A stretch of 30,405 nucleotides of DNA from a virus. Taxonomy: Duplodnaviria > Caudoviricetes. The stretch covers positions 1 to 30,405 of the IMG/VR virus record IMGVR_UViG_3300031454_000014; one strand, written 5' to 3'. A model generated the notes under the pieces. The model was not told the DNA's origin, made no database searches, and saw nothing but the letters and a program-made list of their open reading frames with translations. Numbering within the stretch: the first letter of the stretch is position 1; the number at the start of each line of letters is the position of its first letter. This document shows, in pieces, positions 1-8,529 of the stretch. A program made the position numbers and the translations under genes.

Positions 1-183
1 CCGACGCGATCGGTCGCTCGGCTCCCGCGCAAGTCGAGGCGTATTCGGCCACTGAGTCGTAAGGCGTCCTGGCGCATGGTGACGAGCGTGACGCCGCGCG
101 AGAGCGTCCCCGTTCGGTGCATCTCTGTCGAGAGCGCTTCCCAGCTGTTCCTTGCGGGGGAGGGCTGCCAGCCGACGCACAAT
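1..183 (+). mobile_element. C-terminal end of an intein in TerL
   Basis: VPVRCISVESASQLFLAGEGCQPTHN|S matches intein blocks F and G: penultimate His, terminal Asn (AAT 181-183), then a Ser +1 nucleophile. Confidence 0.9.
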
Positions 184-1200
184 TCCGGGTTACTCGAGGT
201 CTGTACGCGCTACGGATTCCGTCCCCTGTATGAACCGAGCAAACGTCGTCTCACGTTTCCGAATGGCGCCAAGGCGATCACCTATAGCGCAGACGAGCCC
301 GATCGGCTCCGTGGCCCGCAGCACGACGGGGCGTGGTGTGACGAATTGGCCGCGTGGCGACGACCGGAGGCGTGGGATAACTTGCAGTTCGGCTTACGGC
401 TCGGAGATGACCCGCGTCAGGTGGCAACGACAACACCGAAGCCCGTCAAGCATGTGCGCACGCTTGCGAAAGAGACAACCACGGTCGTGACGCGTGGTCA
501 CACCGATGAAAACCTCGCGAACCTTGCCCCTGCCTTCCAAGACATCATCGAGAAGTACCGGGGAACGCGTCTTGGCCGCCAGGAGCTCGCCGGCGAGCTC
601 CTTGATGATGTGGAGGGCGCCCTGTGGTCGCTTGACATGATTGAGCGGTCACGCGTGCGCGCCGATACCGTGCTGCCGTCGTTGACGCGTCTTGTCGTGG
701 CGATTGATCCGCAGGCGGGATACTCCATCGAGGGGGAAGGGAGCGAGACCGGCATCGTCGTGGCGGGACGCGATGCCCCGGGACACGGATACGTGCTTGC
801 GGACCTTTCCGGCAATCACCTGCCGAACGATTGGGCTACAGCCGCCATCGTTGGCTATCGAACGTGGCGTGCTGACCGCATCGTCGCTGAGTCGAACCAG
901 GGCGGGGAGATGGTGCGGAACACGCTTCGCACGGTAGACCCGGTGGTTCCCGTCACGCTGGTCCATGCCAGCCGGGGCAAGATTCCGCGTGCTGAGCCGG
1001 TGTCCGCCCTCTATGAACAAAACAAGGTCCACCATGTTGGATTGTTCCCCGAACTTGAGGACCAGATGACGACCTACGTTCCCGATCTGGCGATGAAGAG
1101 TCCCGATCGGATGGATGCGCTCGTGTGGGCGATGAGCGATCTCATCGTGCCCAAGACGCGACCTGCTCGCGCTGGCACGATCAGCGGAGCCTATCAATGA
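1..1200 (+). CDS. terL: Terminase large subunit, 5'-truncated by the window and interrupted by an intein
   Basis: Frame is open from base 1. Contains LRGPQHDGAWCDELAAW (Walker B), ATTTP coupling motif, VAIDP RNase H-like nuclease start, ASRGKIPRAEPV and SPDRMDALVWA. Lies directly upstream of the portal with an ATGA overlap. Confidence 0.95.
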   Translation, partial: PTRSVARLPRKSRRIRPLSRKASWRMVTSVTPRESVPVRCISVESASQLFLAGEGCQPTHNSGLLEVCTRYGFRPLYEPSKRRLTFPNGAKAITYSADEPDRLRGPQHDGAWCDELAAWRRPEAWDNLQFGLRLGDDPRQVATTTPKPVKHVRTLAKETTTVVTRGHTDENLANLAPAFQDIIEKYRGTRLGRQELAGELLDDVEGALWSLDMIERSRVRADTVLPSLTRLVVAIDPQAGYSIEGEGSETGIVVAGRDAPGHGYVLADLSGNHLPNDWATAAIVGYRTWRADRIVAESNQGGEMVRNTLRTVDPVVPVTLVHASRGKIPRAEPVSALYEQNKVHHVGLFPELEDQMTTYVPDLAMKSPDRMDALVWAMSDLIVPKTRPARAGTISGAYQ

Positions 1201-2735
1201 GCCATGCCCTGATCGACCCCCTCGGCTGGGCTCTGGCCGCATTCCGCGATAGTTCGCTCGCCGAGAGCTACACAACCGCATCCGATTACTATAACGGCCA
1301 TCACGACCTCGGCTTCGCGACCACCGCCTACCACAACACCTTTCGCGATCTGCTGAAAGCCACCACCTGCAACCGATGCCGCAGCGTCGTCGATGCGCAC
1401 GCCGACCGGCTCAAGGTCATTGGCTTTAGTGATGAGGGTACCGAAGAACGGAGTCCCGAAACCGCTGACGACACGCCGGCCGACGTCGCCTCGGGCAAAG
1501 CGCCGCGTGAGATGGCCTGGGATCTTTGGCGCCAGAATCGCATGGACAAACGCGCCGGCGAGATCCACCAAGAAGCCTTCACCACGGGCGACGCTTACGT
1601 CATCGTTGACAAGCACCCGACAACCGGCGTGGTCAACATCTGGCCGCAGCTGGCGTCACAGATTCGCGTCGCCTACAACGATGAGCACCCCGGCGCGATC
1701 GACCTCGCCGCAAAGAAATGGCGGCTACACAATGGCAAGGCGCGACTCAATCTCTACTTCGAGGATCGCATCGAGAAGTATGTCAGCCGCAACAAAGAGG
1801 CGAATACCGGCGCGATGCTGCCCAAGGCGTTCGAGCGCTACACCGACAAAGACGACGCCGGAGCATGGCCACTGCGGTTGATTACACCCGGAATCCCGGT
1901 CTTTCACTTCGGCAACAATGCTCGCACCGGAGAATACGGCACGAGCGAGTTGGTCGACGTGATTCCACTCCAAGACGATCTCAACAAGACCATTGCCGAC
2001 ATGATGGTGGCGGGTGAGTTCGGGGCGTTTCGGCAGCGGTGGGCGGTTGGCGTGTCGCCGGTGATCGATCCGATTACGGGACTCGAAGCCTTGCCATTCA
2101 AGGCCGGGCCGGGGCAGGTGTGGTTTGCCGACGCGGATGCGGATGGGACAGCGCCGAAGTTCGGGGATTTCACCGAAACGGACATCACGCAGTACATCGA
2201 CGAGAAGGAGACCTTTAGCACCGAGATCGCTCGCGTCTCTCGGGTCCCGGTTCACTATCTGTTGATGACCGGGACGCCGCCATCGGGTGAATCGCTGAAA
2301 CTCCTCGAGGCGCCGTTCGTCGCCAAGTTGCAAGATCGCCAGATTGCCTTTGGCCAGGTATGGGGCGATGTGATTCGCTATGCGTTGCTGCTGCAATCGG
2401 GCGTCGATGTGCCGGGGTTGGTGACGGAGTGGCAGCCCGCGTCGCCGCGGTCCGAGAAAGAAACGGCGGACCTCGCGTTGATCTACTCACAGGTGGGATG
2501 GCCGGAAGAAGAACTCTGGCGATTCATGGGCAAGACCGACGCGGAGATTGCGCGCATGAAAGCCGAGAAGGCCACGGCGTTCCAGCAGCAACAGCAGATC
2601 GCGGCGCAGACGCAGGCAACGTTTGAGCGCAGCCTGACGGGATTCGCGGGACCAGACCAGAACCCATCCGCTCAGGATAGTCAGCCGAACGACACACCAC
2701 CACAGAAAGAGAGGGTAAAGCCATCGCCGCCGTAG
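1197..2735 (+). CDS. Portal protein (SPP1 gp6-like)
   Basis: Follows terL with an ATGA overlap (start 1197). Motifs DYYNGHH, NRCRSVVDAHADRL, W..NRMD, TGDAYVIV, PVFHFGN..GEYGTSEL, PPSGESLK. Confidence 0.92.
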   Translation: MSHALIDPLGWALAAFRDSSLAESYTTASDYYNGHHDLGFATTAYHNTFRDLLKATTCNRCRSVVDAHADRLKVIGFSDEGTEERSPETADDTPADVASGKAPREMAWDLWRQNRMDKRAGEIHQEAFTTGDAYVIVDKHPTTGVVNIWPQLASQIRVAYNDEHPGAIDLAAKKWRLHNGKARLNLYFEDRIEKYVSRNKEANTGAMLPKAFERYTDKDDAGAWPLRLITPGIPVFHFGNNARTGEYGTSELVDVIPLQDDLNKTIADMMVAGEFGAFRQRWAVGVSPVIDPITGLEALPFKAGPGQVWFADADADGTAPKFGDFTETDITQYIDEKETFSTEIARVSRVPVHYLLMTGTPPSGESLKLLEAPFVAKLQDRQIAFGQVWGDVIRYALLLQSGVDVPGLVTEWQPASPRSEKETADLALIYSQVGWPEEELWRFMGKTDAEIARMKAEKATAFQQQQQIAAQTQATFERSLTGFAGPDQNPSAQDSQPNDTPPQKERVKPSPP

Positions 2736-2740
2736 TAAGG

Positions 2741-3247
2741 ATGAGCCTGTTTAGCGGTGCTGCCGCTGCAACCGTAGCGAGTGCAGAGACAGGCATAAAA
2801 TTCGCCAGGGACGAAACGCAAGTTGGCACCACCGCGCCCATCCCCAAGCCGAACGCGGCCGGGACGAACTACTCGTGGCCGAAGGAGCTCGCGCTCGAGG
2901 TGACGACGGTTGACGCGGCCACCTCGATTAGCAACCGCAAGCTCAACGCGGCGTCGGCGCCGGCGGCGGGCCTGACGTTGTGGTATCGCAATGATGCGGC
3001 GACGTATCAGCGCCCGACTGCGGTAGCCGCCGCCGACAATGCGACGACGAACGACGCGACGCCATCTGGCTTTACGGCCATGCCGACCGCGGCGACGGTG
3101 TATGACGCGGCGGCGGTCGCGGCGAGCGCGTTGGGGCGGAATGGATCGTATCTGTCCGTAGCTTTGGGGGTATCCGCGCTCTTTTTAGGAGGAGCCGGTC
3201 CAAACATTGCATTGCCCAGCCTATCGTTCGTTTATGACGAAAGTTAG
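2741..3247 (+). CDS. Hypothetical A/T/S-rich protein, possible virion fibre or appendage subunit
   Basis: 168 aa, beta-type composition, PIPKPNAAGTNYSW motif, ends FVYDES, immediately after the portal. Function is inferred. Confidence 0.7.
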   Translation: MSLFSGAAAATVASAETGIKFARDETQVGTTAPIPKPNAAGTNYSWPKELALEVTTVDAATSISNRKLNAASAPAAGLTLWYRNDAATYQRPTAVAAADNATTNDATPSGFTAMPTAATVYDAAAVAASALGRNGSYLSVALGVSALFLGGAGPNIALPSLSFVYDES

Positions 3248-3267
3248 TTATCTTTACTCTCGTTAGA

Positions 3268-3294
3268 GTGCTATACTATATACGGTAATAGCAC
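3268..3294 (+). promoter_or_regulatory. Extended -10 promoter (TGCTATACT, 3269-3277) overlapped by inverted repeat GTGCTAT-N13-ATAGCAC
   Basis: AT-rich intergenic segment upstream of the HNH gene; motifs read directly. Confidence 0.55.
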
Positions 3295-3311
3295 GATATC
3301 GAGAGGGAAAC

Positions 3312-3899
3312 ATGGGCGAACGGACATGCCCCATTTGTGGAAAGCCGCTCAAAAGAGACATGGAGTACAGATGGCCGAAAACGTGTTCTCGGTCGTGCGG
3401 TCAAAAGCTTCGGCGCGGCCCCGAGGACCAACGGTTTTGGTCAGCAGTTGACGCGACCGGTGGCGACGAATCGTGTTGGCCTTGGACGAAGAATCGGAAT
3501 CGACAAGGATACGGTGCCGTCGGGTGGTTTGGAAAAGTACGAAAGGCTCATCGCGTTGCGTACGAGCTGGTAACCGGAGAGAACATAACGGGTCTAGATA
3601 TTCGGCATACCTGTGATAACCCGCAGTGCTGCAATCCGCGTCATCTTCGCGCAGGGACAACGACGGATAACATGCGGGATATGGCGGCGAAGGGTCGTTC
3701 TGGCAATCACAAGGGGACGGCGAACGGACGGGCGAAGATTGGAGAGCCCGACGTGTGTGAGATACGGGAGGCGCTGAACATGGGCGAGTCACAACAAAAC
3801 GTGGCGAACCGATTTGGTATTCATCAGACATCCGTCAGCCAAATCAAGTGTGGCGTCAAATGGACGCACGTCGTCTGCGATGAGCCATGGGCTTCGTGA
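3312..3899 (+). CDS. Free-standing HNH homing endonuclease with N-terminal Cys cluster and C-terminal HTH
   Basis: CWPW, GYG, AHRVAYEL and IRHTCDNPQCCNPRHL..GT..DNMRDM..KGR form the HNH core. CPIC..CSRSC at the N-terminus, SQQNVANRFGIHQTSVSQI HTH at the C-terminus. RBS GAGAGGG. Confidence 0.92.
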   Translation: MGERTCPICGKPLKRDMEYRWPKTCSRSCGQKLRRGPEDQRFWSAVDATGGDESCWPWTKNRNRQGYGAVGWFGKVRKAHRVAYELVTGENITGLDIRHTCDNPQCCNPRHLRAGTTTDNMRDMAAKGRSGNHKGTANGRAKIGEPDVCEIREALNMGESQQNVANRFGIHQTSVSQIKCGVKWTHVVCDEPWAS

Positions 3900-3958
3900 T
3901 TGGCTTCGTCGTTCTCATCCTCTTGTGCCTGTGGCTCCGTTACGTGTACCGGCTGTAA
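3887..3958 (+). CDS. Putative 23-aa hydrophobic micropeptide MGFVIGFVVLILLCLWLRYVYRL
   Basis: Hand-translated; single-TM-like with a basic C-terminus; overlaps the HNH stop; weak RBS. Confidence 0.45.
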   Translation: MGFVIGFVVLILLCLWLRYVYRL

Positions 3959-3974
3959 GCAAGGAGGGCTCCTC

Positions 3975-4040
3975 ATGATTCTCGGCAGTGGCGTGCTCAC
4001 CGTAATTGTCATCGTCCTGTTGATTCTCTGGCTCACGTAG
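3975..4040 (+). CDS. Putative 21-aa hydrophobic micropeptide MILGSGVLTVIVIVLLILWLT
   Basis: Strong RBS AAGGAGG (3961-3967) 7 nt before the ATG; entirely uncharged. Confidence 0.6.
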   Translation: MILGSGVLTVIVIVLLILWLT

Positions 4041-4051
4041 GAGGCGGAAGC

Positions 4052-4366
4052 GTGCCCAAGGACCAGACCACGGCGAGCCTGTTCCTCACCGCACAAGGAG
4101 GCGAGATGGCGAAGGACGCAACAAAGACGCACCACGTTATCAACGACCACGGTACCCTGCTCAACCTGACCGATGAGCAATATGAGCGCACCTACAAAGA
4201 TGCCGGGTTTCGACCGCTGAAGCCGGGCGAGATTCCGCCGATCCAACAAGCGGAGCTCGACGCTATGGGGATTAGCTCCCCATCTGAGGCGGCGCTGGCC
4301 GAAACGCCGAACGCGGAGGATGTCAAGACGCTCCGCCGCGCTCAGGCCAAGCATGACGGCGCGTAG
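4052..4366 (+). CDS. Hypothetical protein (alternative start ATG 4106)
   Basis: Both GTG 4052 and ATG 4106 have an AGGAGG RBS; natural amino acid composition. Confidence 0.7.
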   Translation: MPKDQTTASLFLTAQGGEMAKDATKTHHVINDHGTLLNLTDEQYERTYKDAGFRPLKPGEIPPIQQAELDAMGISSPSEAALAETPNAEDVKTLRRAQAKHDGA

Positions 4367-4895
4367 CACGGCAAGGCCAGAAACGTGGCGCGATTGGATG
4401 CCTGAGGGGGCGCCTGAGCCGAATCTCGTCACGCGCGAAGAACTGATTGGGCAGCTCGCCGAGCAGGGCCTCGCCGTCAGCGAAGACGACTTTCAGTACT
4501 GGCAAGGAGCCGGCGTTATTCCATTCGGGGTTCGTCGCTGGCACCAGGGCGCCACCAGATTGCTCTATCCCGTCTGGATGATCGACCTCATCCGGCAGCT
4601 CCGGATCTGGCAGGTTGAGGGACGGAAGCTCGCCGATATCGGTCCGGAGCTTCGCCGCCACGGCGTCCGTGCTGTGTCCGCGTCCGCCATCGCCGTCCTC
4701 CCGGCCGATTTGGAGACGGCGCTTTCGACGTGGGCGCGCAAGTACGAACGCACCTTCGGCGCATCGGTCGCGCGGATCCGGGTGGTTTTGGAGGAAGAGG
4801 ACGGCGGAACACTCCCGTTCGCGATTGACCCGCACACACACGCCAACCAGCCCCCGAGTTGCGCACGCACTGCTGGCACGAAGGAGATGTCGTGA
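4353..4895 (+). CDS. MerR-like helix-turn-helix DNA-binding protein
   Basis: VTREEL..VSEDDFQYWQGAGVIP..R..RLLYP..IDLIRQLRIWQVEGRKLADI resembles the MerR winged-HTH pattern. Start taken at ATG 4353. Confidence 0.65.
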   Translation: MTARSTARPETWRDWMPEGAPEPNLVTREELIGQLAEQGLAVSEDDFQYWQGAGVIPFGVRRWHQGATRLLYPVWMIDLIRQLRIWQVEGRKLADIGPELRRHGVRAVSASAIAVLPADLETALSTWARKYERTFGASVARIRVVLEEEDGGTLPFAIDPHTHANQPPSCARTAGTKEMS

Positions 4896-5284
4896 CCAGT
4901 CGTTTCATTGATCGGCCCTACACCTGGGTCGCCATCTCCAAAGGCGGCACCGCGTTCTGGGAAGCGGACTACGGGAGCATGACCGCTGTCTCTGAGACGG
5001 TCCGCGTTGAACGTCTGGCCCTCGTGGCCACGGAAGATCCGGACGATACGACCAAGCACGTCGCCGTCGCCGTGCCCCCGGAAGGGAGCCCCGTCGCCTT
5101 TACGCGGGTGACGATCGTCGTGCCCACGGGGGCGAACGGGGAGCCGCTACCGGAGGATCAGTACACGGTGCCGGTCAGCGTGATCGGGTTTCGGGGGGAT
5201 GCGTTCGGGACGGACGTCCTGACCTGGGTCTATCCCGATGGCAGCGTGCTCGTGACGGACCGTGATGTTGATGAGGTGACCTAG
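4892..5284 (+). CDS. Hypothetical protein
   Basis: RBS AAGGAG 4881-4886, GTGA overlap with the upstream stop, stop overlaps the next start. Confidence 0.75.
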   Translation: MTSRFIDRPYTWVAISKGGTAFWEADYGSMTAVSETVRVERLALVATEDPDDTTKHVAVAVPPEGSPVAFTRVTIVVPTGANGEPLPEDQYTVPVSVIGFRGDAFGTDVLTWVYPDGSVLVTDRDVDEVT

Positions 5285-6381
5285 TGCCAGACAACGCGAC
5301 CATTACACCGGGCTCCGGAAAGACCGTTCTGGCCGACGAGGTGACGGACGCCACGCTCGGCACGGGTGTCGTCCAGATGGTCAAGCTGATGGATGGCACG
5401 CTTGACGGGACGTCCAAGGCGGCCGTCGGCGCCAACGGTCTGGCGGTTGACGTGACGCGCCTCCCGCCGACGCTGGAGGTGACGGGTTCGGCGTTAGCCC
5501 TCAACGCCGACGTGATCGCGGCGACCGATGTCTCGGCATATCGCTGGGTCTCCCTCCAACTCTCGGGAACATGGGTCGGGACGGTCACGTTCCAATCGTC
5601 GAACGACAATGTGACCTGGGTATTGGCCCAGCTTATTAACGCGGCGTCGTTTGCATCAACCACCGGGTCCGTCGCAACCGTGAATACGCTCGTCACCGGA
5701 CCCATTCAGGCGCGATGGTTTCGCGCCCGCGTGACCGCCTATACATCGGGTACGGTTGTGGGCACCGCTGAGTTTTGGGCCACGCCGGCGGCGATGCAGA
5801 CGATGGGTGTGGTGCCGCTTGGCCTCACGGCGCACGATGGGGTCTCGGCTTCAAACCCGTTGCAGGTCGCGGGGTACGCCTCCCTTGCGGCACCGGTCGA
5901 CGTATCTGCTGATGGCGATGTGGTCCGGCTCTGGGCAGATCGTGGCGGCAGGCTCCAAGTCGGGGATGGGGGACTGTCCCTGACCGTTGACGCGCCGGCG
6001 GCCACGCCGCTCCCCGTGGTCCAACGACCCGCCGATCTCGTGCAGGTCGCCAACCCCGTCGCCAACACCGGCGTCACGGTCACCCTCCCCGCCGTTGCCG
6101 GCCTCTTCCACTACATCACCCGGATTCGCATTGCGCGCCTGGCAACCGCCGCCCTCGCCGGGACCGCGGCCCTCTCGATCACGACCACGAACCTGCCGGG
6201 CCCGCTGGCCTTCGCGGTCGGCAACGCGATGGCGGCCGGCGGCACCCAGGTCGACATGGACGGCGCCTTCGTCAACCCCCTGAAGTCATCAGTCGCCAAC
6301 ACCGCGTCGACCATCGTCTTTCCTGCGCCCGGTCTCGCCGTCCTCTGGTCCATTCAAGTGTTCTACTACGTCGCCGCCTAG
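5284..6381 (+). CDS. Putative virion structural or fibre protein (beta-rich)
   Basis: 365 aa, A/T/V/G-rich. The segment VSLQLSGTWVGTVTFQSSNDNVTW..ARWFRARVTAYTSGTV looks like a jelly-roll/carbohydrate-binding module. Translationally coupled. Confidence 0.7.
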   Translation: MPDNATITPGSGKTVLADEVTDATLGTGVVQMVKLMDGTLDGTSKAAVGANGLAVDVTRLPPTLEVTGSALALNADVIAATDVSAYRWVSLQLSGTWVGTVTFQSSNDNVTWVLAQLINAASFASTTGSVATVNTLVTGPIQARWFRARVTAYTSGTVVGTAEFWATPAAMQTMGVVPLGLTAHDGVSASNPLQVAGYASLAAPVDVSADGDVVRLWADRGGRLQVGDGGLSLTVDAPAATPLPVVQRPADLVQVANPVANTGVTVTLPAVAGLFHYITRIRIARLATAALAGTAALSITTTNLPGPLAFAVGNAMAAGGTQVDMDGAFVNPLKSSVANTASTIVFPAPGLAVLWSIQVFYYVAA

Positions 6382-6393
6382 GGGGACCGATGC

Positions 6394-7689
6394 GTGACGC
6401 TTCTTCTGCTCCTCACATCGCCGGGTCCGGTTACCTCGGCGAGGTCGACGCCCACATCGGCCGCGCTCTTGGTTGCGGCGACTCGGACCGTGCCAACATC
6501 GGCGGTCATCCTGACGACACTGACGCGGACGGTGCCGGATACGGCCGCGGTCAAGACGACGCAAACGCGAACGGTCCCAACATCAGCCTCATTGTTGACC
6601 ACGTTGACGCGGGCGGTGCCGTCATCTTCCGCCGTTTCAACGCCGGGGGTCGCGAGGACGGTTCCCGAATCAGTGGCCGTGCGGACGACACAAGCCAGGA
6701 CCGTGCCGACGAGCGCGGCGCTGGTCAACACGTTTTCGAGAGTGGTGCCGGATACAGCCGCGGTGTCCACGCCGGGACTGATTCGGACGGCGCTAGCTAC
6801 GTCCTCGATCTCGGTCCTTGGCTTGACGAGGACGGTCCCGGATTCCGCCGCCATCGTGACGACCCTAACCCGGACGGTACCCGAATCGGCGGCGGTCAAG
6901 ACGACAGCGACCCGCACGGTTCCGGACAGCGCGGCGGTCCTGACGACGCTGAACCGAACCGTTCCTCCGTCGCTCGCGGTGTCGACGCCTGGCGTGACGC
7001 GCGCGGCGCCCGAGTCGGCGGCGGTCAAGACAACCGTCGCGCGGACTATCCCGGCATCCGCCGCGCTCCTCACGACGTTGACCCGGACGGTCCCGGAATC
7101 CGCCGCGTTGCTGACCACGCAAACACGGACCGTGCTGACAACGGCGAATATCTCCGGCGCGATCGTTCGGACGGTCCCAGACTCCGCGGCGGTCAAGACA
7201 ACCGTGGCGAGGACCATCCCGGAAACGGTCGCCATCCTGACGACGCAGGCCCGGACCGTTCCCCAATCCGCCGCGGTCTCGCTCGTTGGCAACCGGACCG
7301 TGCCGACGAGTACGGCGATTCGGACGACGCCGGTTCGGGCCGTCCCGGCATCATCCGCCATCGCGACGGTTTCCACGAGGACGGTGCCGACCAGCGTCGC
7401 CGTGCTGACCGTCGGCACGCGATCGGTCCCGTTATCAGCGGCGGTCTTACGGTCGTTCGTGCGATCGGTGCCGTCATCTTGCGCGGTATCGGTGACCTCG
7501 CTACGGATGGTCCCGGCCTCGGCGGTGATCAGCGTCGACTCCGTTTATGTCCCGCCCGAACTCGTTTTGATCGGACAGGATCGCGTGACGTACGCCGGAA
7601 CACGCCGTGGTTCCACGGCAACGGGGGCAGCGCGGGGACCACTGACGGGTCGCGTGCGGGTGACAACGTTGACTGGGGGTGATTTGTGA
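6394..7689 (+). CDS. Thr/Val/Ser/Ala-rich tandem-repeat protein, putative fibre component
   Basis: About 26 repeats of 14-15 aa (xRTVPxSAAVxTTx); stop overlaps the next start (GTGA). Confidence 0.8.
   Translation: MTLLLLLTSPGPVTSARSTPTSAALLVAATRTVPTSAVILTTLTRTVPDTAAVKTTQTRTVPTSASLLTTLTRAVPSSSAVSTPGVARTVPESVAVRTTQARTVPTSAALVNTFSRVVPDTAAVSTPGLIRTALATSSISVLGLTRTVPDSAAIVTTLTRTVPESAAVKTTATRTVPDSAAVLTTLNRTVPPSLAVSTPGVTRAAPESAAVKTTVARTIPASAALLTTLTRTVPESAALLTTQTRTVLTTANISGAIVRTVPDSAAVKTTVARTIPETVAILTTQARTVPQSAAVSLVGNRTVPTSTAIRTTPVRAVPASSAIATVSTRTVPTSVAVLTVGTRSVPLSAAVLRSFVRSVPSSCAVSVTSLRMVPASAVISVDSVYVPPELVLIGQDRVTYAGTRRGSTATGAARGPLTGRVRVTTLTGGDL
6439..7542 (+). repeat. About 26 degenerate 42-45 bp coding repeats
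   Basis: Counted in the translation, e.g. TRTVPDTAAVKTTQ, TRTVPESAAVKTTA. Confidence 0.85.
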
Positions 7690-8030
7690 GTACGGCGTGG
7701 CAGATGACGGACGCACACACGGTACCACCGAGCAGCACGATGGCGGAGGGGGAGATCCGGCAACTCGCCTACGATGCGACGAAAGACCTCGGGACCGGGC
7801 AAGTGCCGACCAATGCGAGTGGTACCCTCGTGAACCTCGATACTGGCGCTGTCGTCAGTGGTGGGGCGACGCTCGGCTCTCCCGCGATCACCGGCAATGT
7901 CATCTCGATTCGGCTCGCGGGGATTACGGGCGGGGTGACGCATGAGCTGCGGATTGGTTTTGACCATACCAACCCGCGCGTTTCGGGGGAGCATAGTGTC
8001 AAGCTCCACGTGGTGGAGGGCATTGCTTGA
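7686..8030 (+). CDS. Small Ig-like protein, possible fibre adaptor
   Basis: GEIRQLAYDATKDLGTGQVPTNAS..ISIRLAGITGGVTHEL resembles small phage fibre-adaptor proteins (from memory, unverified). Confidence 0.55.
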   Translation: MSTAWQMTDAHTVPPSSTMAEGEIRQLAYDATKDLGTGQVPTNASGTLVNLDTGAVVSGGATLGSPAITGNVISIRLAGITGGVTHELRIGFDHTNPRVSGEHSVKLHVVEGIA

Positions 8031-8049
8031 ACGGATCGCGCCTGACAAC

Positions 8050-8202
8050 GTGAGCGCGGTCGTGACACAGAGACGACAATCCTACGGCCGAGAACCGATC
8101 CCGATTGAAGAGGCGGGGCACCCACGGTTCGGACGTGTGCGATCGCTCCTTGACGACCTCTTCTCGGCCTGGCGGACGTTGCGCGGAAAGGCAGTGGCAT
8201 GA
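8050..8202 (+). CDS. Hypothetical small protein (start uncertain)
   Basis: Fills the gap between genes; stop overlaps the next ATG (ATGA). Confidence 0.4.
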   Translation: MSAVVTQRRQSYGREPIPIEEAGHPRFGRVRSLLDDLFSAWRTLRGKAVA

Positions 8203-8426
8203 ACGCAAACACGAACCCGGACATGGCGAAAGCCGCGGACGCCATCGTCGCGTTGGCCGAGACCCTCGCTCGCTACCGTAAGGCACTGATCGACGGCGGA
8301 TTTGATGAGAAGATCGCCCAAGAGCTGACATTCGATATGCACAAGCGGGTAATGAACCATGCGTTCAGCGGGGTGGTGCCACCGGCGGGCGAGGTGCCGG
8401 TGACGGCGAAGACGGATCGGGGGTAG
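8199..8426 (+). CDS. Hypothetical small phage protein
   Basis: 75 aa, helical, YRKALIDGGFDEKIAQEL; coupled start. Confidence 0.7.
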   Translation: MNANTNPDMAKAADAIVALAETLARYRKALIDGGFDEKIAQELTFDMHKRVMNHAFSGVVPPAGEVPVTAKTDRG

Positions 8427-8430
8427 GGTG

Positions 8431-8529
8431 ATGACGGATCGCGCAACCACCGGCACGATGACCGACCACGACCGATCGCGCCTCGACGCCTGGCACGAGG
8501 TCGCCGAGATCGCGGGCCAAGGGGTATGA
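8431..8529 (+). CDS. Hypothetical 32-aa protein
   Basis: Hand-translated MTDRATTGTMTDHDRSRLDAWHEVAEIAGQGV; ATGA overlap with the next gene. Confidence 0.4.
   Translation: MTDRATTGTMTDHDRSRLDAWHEVAEIAGQGV

Noticed and set aside
3376-3390. GAAA-ACGT-GTTC LexA-like site
   Set aside because: Inside the HNH coding sequence with a mismatch; probably chance.
6378-7682. Long alternative-frame ORFs (6390-7682 +, 6378-7418 -) over the repeat gene
   Set aside because: Expected shadows of a GC-rich, low-complexity T/V/A/S/P/R repeat. The 6394 frame has the coherent repeat, better RBS spacing and a coupled stop.
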